From: a virus | DNA length: 64,000 nt | Reading direction: 5' to 3' (one strand) | IMG/VR virus record: IMGVR_UViG_3300025289_000025 | Location: 26,297-90,296 of that record | Part shown: piece by piece, positions 18,785-28,300 of the stretch | Position numbering within the stretch: the first letter of the stretch is position 1 | Layout: every line of letters begins with the position of its first letter | Notes under the pieces: model-generated | What the model was told of the DNA's origin: nothing | Databases searched by the model: none | What the model saw: only the letters and a program-made list of their open reading frames with translations | Translations under genes and position numbers: made by a program

Positions 18785-19637
18785 TCTGATCTCCTTTTAA
18801 TAAAACTCTCCATTTGTTGTATAAATCCCTCTTTAAAAAACTAGAAAATCCATAATCCATGCATATTCCCTCAAATATATTGAAATCTAATTTATCTGGT
18901 ACTAAATCTACCGAAGTGGATCTTTTATGAGGAAGTTTCACTAAGGAATAATTAAAAGTAGGATCAAAAGCATGTATATCTTGATATTTTTTTGAACTAA
19001 CTCCTAATTCTGATTTTAAATATTTTATAGCAGTTTTCTCGCCAACTCCAACTACTCCTTTTATATTATCAGATGAACACCCTGCGACCGATTTAACGTA
19101 GTACCACATATTAGGGTCTATCCCTTTTTCTTCTATGAAATCATCTTTAGAGTAAATTTTCTTTTCTCTTGGATTATAAATAGATACTTTTGAATTTAAT
19201 AATTGGTATAAATCTTCGTCCGACGTTACAATATAAGTATGATCAAATTCCCAAGCATGGTCATTAGCTATATGAGCAATAATATCGTCTGCTTCTAATC
19301 CAGTTTGAATAAAATTATTTTGAAATCCTAATTTAGGAAGAATCTTTGTACGAATTTCCGTAAATTGGGGTTTACCAGAACGAATTATATCTTCCATCTC
19401 GGGATCTTCAATTTGAGGGCGTTTTTTATAATCAGGGTAAACATCTCTACGATATGATTTTCTAGAATCCCAAGCAAATGTAAATCGAGGTTGTTCAAAA
19501 TCCTCCGATAACTTTAAAATTTCTCTCATGAAACCAAATATAACTCCAGTGGAATGTTCCTCATAAGAGAGTCCCATCATTGATAGCATGGCTCTGTATG
19601 CTATGAAATTAGAATCAATTATTAAAAGATTGCTCAA
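18771..19637 (-). CDS. 5'-3' exonuclease / RNase H (PolI 5'-nuclease family)
   Basis: LIIDSN..AYR, YPDYK, EADDII, TSDEDLYQL, SDNIKGV.GVGEKTA. Confidence 0.92.
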   Translation of the reverse strand: MSNLLIIDSNFIAYRAMLSMMGLSYEEHSTGVIFGFMREILKLSEDFEQPRFTFAWDSRKSYRRDVYPDYKKRPQIEDPEMEDIIRSGKPQFTEIRTKILPKLGFQNNFIQTGLEADDIIAHIANDHAWEFDHTYIVTSDEDLYQLLNSKVSIYNPREKKIYSKDDFIEEKGIDPNMWYYVKSVAGCSSDNIKGVVGVGEKTAIKYLKSELGVSSKKYQDIHAFDPTFNYSLVKLPHKRSTSVDLVPDKLDFNIFEGICMDYGFSSFLKRDLYNKWRVLLKGDQNAID

Positions 19638-19921
19638 ATTTTTTCCTTAATTTTTAACTTAGGATGGTGACGATAATGACGTAACGGGTCTTTGATAGAT
19701 CTTCCAGTTTTATCTGTAAGTAGAACTTTGTATTGAGATAATTCCGGCATAAGATCATCTGGATAAAAAGTTTCTTTCATTTCTTCTAAAAGTTTGACCA
19801 TTTTCTTTTGCCAATTATATGGCATTGAAATTAATCCTACTCTAGGAAGAACTAAGTATGATGCATAAGTTAATCCAAACCATTCGTGCATAGGATCTTC
19901 TTTGATAACTTCTTTTTTCAT
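19634..19921 (-). CDS. Conserved phage hypothetical protein
   Basis: FGLTYASYLVLPR...MP..WQ motif. Confidence 0.6.
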   Translation of the reverse strand: MKKEVIKEDPMHEWFGLTYASYLVLPRVGLISMPYNWQKKMVKLLEEMKETFYPDDLMPELSQYKVLLTDKTGRSIKDPLRHYRHHPKLKIKEKI

Positions 19922-19930
19922 TTTATAGTC

Positions 19931-20044
19931 CTTGGGAAGTGGGATATAAGCCTCAAGAGAGGCAGTCCCTTATCCGGCTGGTAGCTCCCACTCCCCAAGT
20001 CTGGATGACGCAGTTTGAATATGGTATAGGGCACCCCATCATCC
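19931..20044 (-). ncRNA. Candidate structured RNA (intergenic)
   Basis: 14-bp closing stem cttggggagtggga/tcccacttcccaag around a gcctc-tctt-gaggc hairpin, plus an adjacent ggatga/tcatcc stem; GC-rich within an AT-rich genome. Confidence 0.4.
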
Positions 20045-20045
20045 A

Positions 20046-20303
20046 TTATTTAACAACCCATTTTCTAACTTCTTCCATTTCAAATAATTCTTCTCGTAAA
20101 CAATTTTGACATTTCCTAATATGGGTGGTTTGTTTCATAATAAGGGGAAGTAGTTTTTCTCTAATAGGAGTTTCAGTAGGAGGAAAGGAACTACCATTTA
20201 CTAATTTGCGCCCATCCCCCCATTTTTGATGTAACTCAAAAACTTTCCAAGAATATTGAAGGCCGTGATTTTCACAATTATCTAATTTCTGTTTTACTAT
20301 CAT
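20046..20303 (-). CDS. Hypothetical protein
   Basis: RBS ggaggg upstream. Confidence 0.55.
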   Translation of the reverse strand: MIVKQKLDNCENHGLQYSWKVFELHQKWGDGRKLVNGSSFPPTETPIREKLLPLIMKQTTHIRKCQNCLREELFEMEEVRKWVVK

Positions 20304-20320
20304 TTTCCCTCCTAATTAAT

Positions 20321-20560
20321 TTGGTGGTTAGGGGTGCCATCGTCCCAAGACATTCGCTTGGTCAGCACGGTTACCATCCGTGTCCGTACCGGAAAATCTA
20401 ACCAGACATACGGAACACCCCCCCAACCAATGCACCAGTTTCAGCCCCCTACACAAGGCTTAACGCTCCCTGGAGCAATCAAAAAGGGGACGGACAGTTG
20501 GGAAGAAGTGATAGGCTATCCCGAACCAATACACCCCGACCGTCTGTGACCGTCCCCATA
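20321..20560 (-). ncRNA. Candidate structured RNAs downstream of ssb: a four-way junction and a terminator-like long stem
   Basis: Several nested stems (see findings); ggggacgg/ccgtcccc followed by TTTTT. Confidence 0.45.
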
Positions 20561-20564
20561 TGTA

Positions 20565-21773
20565 TTACCCTCTTGGTCTTAAACCACGTCTGGGTCCTGC
20601 AGTGGCAGGAGCCGCAGTGGTTGCTACCGGAGCCGCTGCTGCAGGAGCCGCAGGTCTAGGAGTTGGTCTAGGAGTTGCCGGGGCTGCAGGAGTAGGACGA
20701 GTAGCAGAGGGTGCAGAAGTCTCTGCGCCAGCCGCATCAATCTTATCCTTCTCAGCCGAGCAGTCATCCCAAATGGGGCAAGTAGCGCACTCGTTATACT
20801 TTTCACAATCTGCCCCAAATACTCCCCCAACAGGACAGATCTGGGCACCAGCCGTTACTGGAGTAGCGGCGGGGCGTTGACGGGGGGTGGGGGTTGGATT
20901 AACAGCCGGGGCAGGTATCGGAGGTTCCGCAGCAGGAGCAGGAGTTGCTCTGGTACGAAGTCGGGATTCTGCGGGAGCCGCTGTCGGTTGGGGTGCTGGG
21001 GATTCCTCTGTTGGGGGAGCTACATCCCCTCCCCCTCCTTGAAAAGCCAGATTAATTTCATCATAAGAAGAATAGTTGACGCAATCGTCCAAAATGAAAG
21101 CCGCATCCAAAACTTCATCAGGAATTTGGTAATTTCTGTCCACAAACTTATGGGCTAGAAATTCCGAATTCCTCTTGGTTCCCTTACGAGTAAAGGAGAT
21201 GGATTTCCCTGTATCTGGGTCTGAGAATGCCACGTACATATCAGTGGATTTTCCAGCCCCCCGAACGGGGGTCTTAGCCAAAGGTGCAATATGCTTCTCC
21301 ATAAACCAGTGGGCGGCATCGAAGATCTGAACCCCCTTGTTCTCTTCCTTATCATTATCGTAGCACAGGATATTGTAGATACTCCGACGTTTGGGGGTGA
21401 GTTCCTTTACCAGATCCTCATCATAATCCTCCTGCCGGCGAACCTCTTCACGATATTCGCAAATGGGGCAGGACTTATTATAATTGCGAGCGGGGCAAAC
21501 ATAAGCATCTTGATTTACCCCTACCTGATAATGAACCCAAAGAATCAATACATAATTGGGTTCCCCAGGCTTGGTATTAGGATCATGGTCTCCAGCAAGG
21601 AAGGGAATAATATCGATAAGATGTTCCCCCTCCCCACATTTCCAAAGTTTGCTAACGTATTCATCTTTGAAAATGTTTTTAAACTGCCCAGAGTCATCCC
21701 GCTTTTCGTATGACTCTTGGGTTTTCTTTGCCAGAGATTCTTTCATCGCCGCACGTCTGTCAAGCGTGGCCAT
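20565..21773 (-). CDS. Single-stranded DNA-binding protein (gp32-like) with Pro/Ala linker and Cys-rich C-terminal module
   Basis: WVHY.VG....YVCP....KSCPICE, FSDPDTGKSISF; located in the replication module. Confidence 0.75.
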   Translation of the reverse strand: MATLDRRAAMKESLAKKTQESYEKRDDSGQFKNIFKDEYVSKLWKCGEGEHLIDIIPFLAGDHDPNTKPGEPNYVLILWVHYQVGVNQDAYVCPARNYNKSCPICEYREEVRRQEDYDEDLVKELTPKRRSIYNILCYDNDKEENKGVQIFDAAHWFMEKHIAPLAKTPVRGAGKSTDMYVAFSDPDTGKSISFTRKGTKRNSEFLAHKFVDRNYQIPDEVLDAAFILDDCVNYSSYDEINLAFQGGGGDVAPPTEESPAPQPTAAPAESRLRTRATPAPAAEPPIPAPAVNPTPTPRQRPAATPVTAGAQICPVGGVFGADCEKYNECATCPIWDDCSAEKDKIDAAGAETSAPSATRPTPAAPATPRPTPRPAAPAAAAPVATTAAPATAGPRRGLRPRG

Positions 21774-21892
21774 TTCTTTTTCCTCCTTCTTTTATTTTAT
21801 TAAATTAGTAACTGCTGCCTTTAGGTGGCAGAGGAAACTCCCTCCTTTCGATTAACTTGACTTATATACTCGCCGAACTTATAATAATTTAC

Positions 21893-22288
21893 ATGGCAAG
21901 ATATGTTCGAAATGTTAAGGCAATTTTTAATCTTAAATTGCATTTGATATGGTGCACCAAATACCGCCGCCCTGTGCTTGTAGAGGATATTGAAAAGAGG
22001 CTTAGGATATTGCTTTATACCAAGACAAAAGAATTGGAAATGGTAATTTACTCTTTGGATATAAATCCAGATTATGTCCATATATTTATAGAATTTGACC
22101 CTCGTCAAGGGATTGCTGAAATTGTAAATCGACTGAAGGGTTTCACTAGTCGAATATTGCGTCGGGAGTTTTCTTCGTTGCGTTCTCGATTGCCTACTCT
22201 TTGGAGTCGTAGTTATTATGCTGGAACTGTAGGGCAAGTTTTGGGAGTAACAATACGAATGTATATAGACTCGCAAAAGGGAAAGTAG
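21893..22288 (+). CDS. tnpA: IS200-type Y1 HUH transposase (HUH motif reads YVH)
   Basis: HLIWCTKYRR, PDYVHIF, LKG.TSR, LWSRSYY, YIDSQ. Confidence 0.9.
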   Translation: MARYVRNVKAIFNLKLHLIWCTKYRRPVLVEDIEKRLRILLYTKTKELEMVIYSLDINPDYVHIFIEFDPRQGIAEIVNRLKGFTSRILRREFSSLRSRLPTLWSRSYYAGTVGQVLGVTIRMYIDSQKGK

Positions 22289-23416
22289 ATGTTCAAAGCT
22301 TTCAAATATCGACTTGAACCAAATGTGAATCAAACTAGGGAACTTGAAACATCCCTTGAAACCCACAGAAGACTTTACAATGCCTGTTTGAGGTGGCGAA
22401 AGGAATCTTATGAAACAAATAAACATGGCGTTAATTATGTGGAACAATCGGCCCAATTTACCCTTGATCGAAAGATAAACCCATACTATGCTAGAATCAA
22501 TTTTTCCTCTGCTCAAGCAACAATGCGCAATTTGGATAAGGCTTTCAAAGCGTTCTTTCGCCGTGTTAAATCTGGCGGAAAGCCGGGCTACCCGAGATTC
22601 AAAGCAAGAAATCAATTTCATTCGATAACGTTTCCATCTGGTGGCGGAGATGGTGCCCGGATAATAGGTAATAAACTGAGGCTTCAACATATTGGACTGG
22701 TACGAATCAATTTGCATCGCCTCATTGAAGGTACAGTTAAAACTATTAATATTAAAAGAGAATTGGATAAATGGTATGTGACGGCGGTTTGCAAATTCCC
22801 CCTGGTGCCTCAAATAATTACATGTAAGCCTATTATTGGTATTGACGTTGGGTTGGAAAGTTTCTTGACTACTAGTGATGGAGAGCATATCTATCCTCTT
22901 CAACCGATGAAGCCAAATCTTGGCAAACTTCGAATCTCCCAACGCAGTTTGAGTAGAAAGAAAAAAGGATCGAATAGTAGAGAAAAACAACGAAGGATTG
23001 TTTCCAAATTGTACTTGAAAATATCGAATGTACGAAAGGATGCTCATCATAAAATTGCGGTGAATTTGATCAATCGCTACGGAGCTTTTGTGGTGGAGAG
23101 CTTGAACGTCCAAGGGATGGTCAAGAACCACCGATTGGCACGAGCGGTGTTGGATGCTGGCTGGGCTAGCTTCCTTATGATATTGAAGAACAAGGCTGAA
23201 AGCGCCGGTCTTCGATACGAAGAGGTGAGTGCGCGTTATACTTCGCAGATATGTCCTGAGTGCGGCAAGGTTAAAAAGAAAACCTTGAGTGAGCGGAGGC
23301 ATGATTGTGATTGTGGGTATAGTGCGCACAGAGATCATGCGGCGGCGCGAGTAATTCTCGCCCGTGGTATACAGGCTGGGACGCAGCCTGAAGGACTTAA
23401 TGTTAGTGTTAGCTAA
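22289..23416 (+). CDS. tnpB: RNA-guided endonuclease TnpB
   Basis: KAFKYRL.PN, GYPRFK, RuvC-I GIDVG, RuvC-II VVESL, zinc finger TSQICPECG..CDCG, RuvC-III HRDHAAA. Confidence 0.95.
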   Translation: MFKAFKYRLEPNVNQTRELETSLETHRRLYNACLRWRKESYETNKHGVNYVEQSAQFTLDRKINPYYARINFSSAQATMRNLDKAFKAFFRRVKSGGKPGYPRFKARNQFHSITFPSGGGDGARIIGNKLRLQHIGLVRINLHRLIEGTVKTINIKRELDKWYVTAVCKFPLVPQIITCKPIIGIDVGLESFLTTSDGEHIYPLQPMKPNLGKLRISQRSLSRKKKGSNSREKQRRIVSKLYLKISNVRKDAHHKIAVNLINRYGAFVVESLNVQGMVKNHRLARAVLDAGWASFLMILKNKAESAGLRYEEVSARYTSQICPECGKVKKKTLSERRHDCDCGYSAHRDHAAARVILARGIQAGTQPEGLNVSVS

Positions 23417-23435
23417 CATGTTCTTAGAAGCCGCC

Positions 23436-23654
23436 TCATTTATGTGGCGGAGCGTCACTTTTGCCCTCCGGTCCCTTTTGGGGGTTATCCTTGAACACGT
23501 CAAGGAGTTTTTTGGTGTGACTAATTTTAGTGTCCCACCAACTGTTCATACACGCTGTGGCTATTACCCTAACCACCATATATATAGCCATTAGTGATAA
23601 GGGTATTCCAACTACAGCTATTAATATTTGTTCCCACAGTTTTAAATCATTCAT
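23436..23654 (-). CDS. Small membrane protein; 3' end altered by the IS insertion
   Basis: One hydrophobic segment; the last codons lie inside the IS right end. Confidence 0.55.
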   Translation of the reverse strand: MNDLKLWEQILIAVVGIPLSLMAIYMVVRVIATACMNSWWDTKISHTKKLLDVFKDNPQKGPEGKSDAPPHK

Positions 23655-24151
23655 TCGGTCCTCTTTCTGGCCTTGAGGAGAGATCGTTGGTGGGCGGTGG
23701 CGTCATCTGCTAATTTTCCTACCTCTGTGGTATCCAACCGAACTTGAGAAAAGTAACCAGAGATGTACAGAGCCACCAATCTCTCCAACATGGACCGGCG
23801 TTGATCTAGTGCTTCTTTTGCGGCGGAATAAATATTCACCGCATATTGTGCATCTGATATTTCTTTCTCGGCTTTATTCACCTCCTCGTTGGATTCTAAA
23901 GCTGCATTTATGGAACCCTCCGTTACTTTATCTATTTTATACTCCGCAGGGCGAGCACGTACATCCATATTTATATTAGATTTAATTACCATTGCCCTCC
24001 TTTTTGCTTCGTCTCTGACTCGGATGGCTTCTGAGTATTCTATTGACCACTTTAGGAAACGTCTTGGCTGGTCGAGGCATGCAATATCGAGGTTGTCTTT
24101 ATCAATTTCTAAGTCTTTTTCAATTTCTGAAATTTCTAATTCGTCGCTCAT
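23651..24151 (-). CDS. UvsY-like recombination mediator
   Basis: DLEID..NLD....QP, KVTEGSI, all-helical, ~166 aa; lies next to ssb. Confidence 0.6.
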   Translation of the reverse strand: MSDELEISEIEKDLEIDKDNLDIACLDQPRRFLKWSIEYSEAIRVRDEAKRRAMVIKSNINMDVRARPAEYKIDKVTEGSINAALESNEEVNKAEKEISDAQYAVNIYSAAKEALDQRRSMLERLVALYISGYFSQVRLDTTEVGKLADDATAHQRSLLKARKRTE

Positions 24152-24154
24152 TTC

Positions 24155-24346
24155 TTATTTCCCCCCTAACATTTTATCGAACACATTTTTATAAATTTCT
24201 TTAATTCCCTCCGCTGCTAGAGTATTTTGTAGTAAAGAAGCAGCGGATTGGAGCACCGCTATCTTTTCTGCTATATCAAAACCATTTAGCTCTTTGATGC
24301 CTGTAAGCACTTTCGCAACTCCTTCATTTATTTTATTAACGTCCAT
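24155..24346 (-). CDS. Hypothetical protein
   Basis: Packed ORF with RBS. Confidence 0.55.
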   Translation of the reverse strand: MDVNKINEGVAKVLTGIKELNGFDIAEKIAVLQSAASLLQNTLAAEGIKEIYKNVFDKMLGGK

Positions 24347-24355
24347 ATTTTCCCC

Positions 24356-25285
24356 TTATATTAGAGTAGACATGTAACAACTTGCAATTAATCCGGCTTT
24401 TCCAGAATCATAAAAATTGTTTGAGAATTCAGCCATCAATCTAACTACTCTCTCTCCATTCTTATGGTCCCCATTTAAAAGTACGGAGGCAAGATACCCA
24501 AGAACCGCTCTGCGAACTGATTCAGCTTCCTGATCCACTCCCTTCAACATTATGGATAATTCTTTCCAACGATTTTCGCCCTTCTCTTTAGCCATAATTT
24601 TGCGGCACAAGTCAATAATGACAGTCTCACTAGGTAAATTTTCATTGATAGCTTCAAGTTGTTTCTCTTCCTCTTGGATATCAATGATTTGATCCAAAAT
24701 GACCAATGCTTTTCTAGCACACCCTTCTGCGGAGAATAGAATGTCACTTTTCACCTTTTCCGATAATTGAACGTTCTCTGAGGTTAAAATCCAATTTATC
24801 AAGGAAATCATATCGTGTTTTCGTAGAGTTGAAACGTTATATGTGGTGGATCTAGTTTTAATTGTTTTCAACAATTTCTCTGGTTCTGTAGTACAAAGAA
24901 TGAAATAGACTCCCTTTGGGGGTTCTTCTAGAATTTCTAACATTGCATTCTGAAAATCGGCGGTAGATTTGTGACATTCGTTCAGAATGATTACTCTTAT
25001 GTCCCCATACAATGGCTCAAACTGGCAACTAGCTATAATTTCTCTAGCAGTATCAATCCCCCGCATATCAGATATATTATATTGAGCTAAATCCATTTCA
25101 GAACATTTCAACATGTTAGCGATTATTCTTGCGAGGGTTGTTTTTCCGCATCCACTTGGACCAGATAGTAAAATGGTATGTGGTTTATCTTCTCTTGATA
25201 AAATTGATTTTAGGCTTTCCTTAATATTTTCATTTCCAAAAAACTCCTCTAGATTTTTTGGGCGATACGACAATTGCAAAGGCAT
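24356..25285 (-). CDS. Clamp loader, DnaX (gamma/tau)-like AAA+ ATPase
   Basis: YRPKNLEEFFGN, GPSGCGKTTLARI, NECH, LEEPP, FILCTTEPEK. Confidence 0.9.
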   Translation of the reverse strand: MPLQLSYRPKNLEEFFGNENIKESLKSILSREDKPHTILLSGPSGCGKTTLARIIANMLKCSEMDLAQYNISDMRGIDTAREIIASCQFEPLYGDIRVIILNECHKSTADFQNAMLEILEEPPKGVYFILCTTEPEKLLKTIKTRSTTYNVSTLRKHDMISLINWILTSENVQLSEKVKSDILFSAEGCARKALVILDQIIDIQEEEKQLEAINENLPSETVIIDLCRKIMAKEKGENRWKELSIMLKGVDQEAESVRRAVLGYLASVLLNGDHKNGERVVRLMAEFSNNFYDSGKAGLIASCYMSTLI

Positions 25286-25300
25286 AGGTTCTCTCCTTAC

Positions 25301-25330
25301 CTTATACTACAGGATTTCCTACATTTTCAA
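25301..25330 (-). promoter_or_regulatory. Putative promoter carrying the shared AATCCTGTAGTA motif
   Basis: Minus strand reads TTGAAA-atgtaggaaatcctgtag-TATAAG; the motif recurs at ~40775 and ~49042, and its core at ~48289. Confidence 0.55.
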
Positions 25331-25342
25331 CTTTTAACTCCC

Positions 25343-28300
25343 TCATACTAAAAAATCCCAGGATTGGTTAATTTTTCCTATTTTTATATCAGATATTAAT
25401 GGGACAATGATCCAAGGATTGTTCGCTAAAACATCTTTAGTCATCACTTTTTTAGTGGTTTCTATTACATGATCTATTTCGTTTGGGTTAGTATCTATAA
25501 TTATAGAATCATGGATTTGTCCTATTAATTTAGATTTCCATTTTTCTTCTTTTGATATTTCATTTATTTTAATTATTGATTCTAAAAGTACGTGGAATGC
25601 TGTGCCTTGAATTACGGAATTTATAATTTCATTTTTGGTTAAAAATCCCCTTCGTCGGAAGCCATGCATCATTTCAACATATCCGTTTTGTTGGTATGAT
25701 TTTATTAGTCCATCTTGAAATTTTTTAATCCCACGATATTTTAGCCAAAATTCTCGCTCTGCTTTTTGAACTCTCATTATAGGTAGATCATGGTATCCTC
25801 TGCTAATTAAATCTGCATGAATATTTTTATAATAACTGCCGTAAAAGAGGGCAAAAACCATGGCGTTCTTGGCATCGAATCTCATTATTTTTGCATCGAA
25901 TCCCTTTAGTTGTAAAAAATCTGCCCACTCTTGATGAATATCCGCTCCATCTATACGTTCTTTCATTAATACAGGGTCTTTGGAATAGCAAGCTAAAATG
26001 CCGACTTCATGCCCCCCATAATCAGCCTCAGCTAATAGGTTTCCTGGAGAGGGAATTATTCCATTTCTTACCATAGTCATAGATTCTTTATCTCTTTTGG
26101 GAATGTTTTGCATATTGGGGGAGTCCATAGAACTTCTGCCTGTTCTTACTAAATGTAAATTAGAATTAGGATGTAATTTTTTATTGACTTGTAAACCTAA
26201 AATTCCATCAATATAAGTAGTCTTCAATTTATCCAATTTTCTTTTTTTAACCAAATCTTTTGCGAAGGGTATATCCAAACTTTCCACAACGTCTTTATCT
26301 ACGGAGTCCCCACCACCCTCCGTTTTTTTGATGGATTTTACTCCTAAGAATTCAAACAAAAGTTTTTTCATATCATCAGAAGAAGTTAATTTTATTTCTC
26401 TTCCTGTTTTAGATTTAAATAATTTTGCTTCTGGAGAGCGAAGTAATTGTTTTTCTAGGAAATCTAGTCTTTTTTCTAATTTTATTTGGGTATCTTGATA
26501 ATATTCTACGTTTACTGAGATCCCTTCCATTTCCATATCAGAAAAAGCAAGAACTCCTTTATGAAATAAATCGTAGGCTTTAGAAGCGGCGAGGGATTCC
26601 TTATTCCCCTTATCCATGAAATCCCATTGCCGTTCCGCCAATCTCATCGTGAAATAAGCATCTAATCCGTTATATTTCAATAGCTCATTTAATGGGCACT
26701 TCTGCATAGTATTAAATTTAGTTCCCGGAAGGGCCTTTTTGAATTTAGAAATATCCCCTCCGTATTCATACCCCCAATTTATAAACGTTTGAAAATCTAG
26801 CCCTGTAAATCCTGCTCGTTCATCTACGATATGAGAACAAACCATTGTATCCCAATACCATCCTTTTGGCTCTTCTCCAATTATGATTTTACTCCACGGA
26901 TGCTCCATCTGAATATTCTGGGCTACTTTTAATATTTCTGGGTCGGAGAGTACCCCTCGCCATGCCTTATTCAACGCTTCTAACTGTCCTGATTGCCACG
27001 CTCCGGGGTAGGAGTAGGGCCAGGCATAGGCTATGTCCTCCCCGTAGATAGCGACAGCCGTAGACACAATAGAGTGGCCGGGATAGTAGGGACGGAGGCC
27101 AGTAGTTTCATAATCAAATGCTATCGTTGGTTTTTGTTCTTTAATCGTTTTGAGAATATCTAAAATTTCATCTGTATTGGTTAGACATTTTATCTTTTGG
27201 GAATAATCAATTTCTTCTATTTCTGGTAAATTTGAAGTTATTTGTTCCATTGCCCATTGGAGGTCTAATTTGAAAATGTTCTCTGCGTCAGGATTTCTGA
27301 TAACGAAAGAGGGATGGTATAGTGGGATAACCCAAGCCTTCGTTTGAACATCAGGAATGCAAAGTTTTCTCCATCTCCCAATAGATAAATTTGTTGAAAT
27401 AGGTTGAGTCCTATTCATGAAAAACGCCTCTACTGCTTTTGCGCCAAAAAGTAGTATATACTTCGGTTGAAATTGTTGTATCGCTGCTCGCCAGTTAGGT
27501 TCGCAAGCTTTGATTTCCCGTGTAGTCGGAGTTCGGTTGCTCCCCTTCTCGTTGGTTGGCCGGCAATTATGATGAATTACTCTATTTGCTATAAAACTAT
27601 TGTCCTCTTCTACTTCTATGCAAGTTAAAGACATTCTTTTTCCTATAGGAATTTTTTCTATAGAAACTATTTCTACTTCGGTGAATTGATATTCTTGATT
27701 ATGATTCTTTATTAATCTTTCTATTGGGGAAATAGGATTTTTAGAGGAAACTCGGAGTAATTCATAATTATAATTTTTAGCTAGTATGTTTTTTTTCGTT
27801 TGATCATTTTTAACTGATTTTTGTCCGTTCCTATCCGGATTATCTACTTCCACTAGCAAATTATACTTTGGCAAAAAGAAATCATAATTTAATGTTTCAA
27901 TGGCAAATTGAGAAATGAATTGTATTTTTTTATCGGATAAATAATTTGCTAAAGACCCCTCTCCAAATCCTATTGTGATAGGAGATATACTAGATAATTT
28001 ATTTTCAGATTCTTTAATTTTGGCCCATTTTATTCTGCCTTTTAGCTTAGCTTCCTTAGTTACTTTCCCCCCCGTCATCTTCCCCCAAACGCCCAGTTTA
28101 GCCGATCTTCTTACTTTTTCATGGGCTTTCTCCCTAAGTTTTTCTCCATATTTATCCTCTAAGTATTTACTTTCGCAGATTAAAGAACAAATATTTTCCC
28201 CATAAGAATTAGTTTTAAAAAAAATACCCCCACAAATTATACATTTTTCTCCTATGGCTATTATTCTATCTCCTTTATTTAATTGACGTGCATAAACCCA

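Larger units (their letters stand above)
21801..23458 (+). mobile_element. IS200/IS605-family insertion sequence (tnpA + tnpB); boundaries approximate
   Basis: Subterminal hairpins ctgctgcc-ttta-ggtggcag (left) and ccgcctc-attta-tgtggcgg (right); right end ...gcgTCAC; left flank TTTAT; opposite strand to all neighbours. Confidence 0.85.

Noticed and set aside
20321-20430. Canonical tRNA gene
   Set aside because: No TTCRA T-loop or normal D-arm; kept only as a tRNA-like candidate.
21821-23503. 560-aa minus-strand ORF over the IS
   Set aside because: Antisense shadow of tnpA/tnpB, common in IS605 elements; no recognisable motifs.
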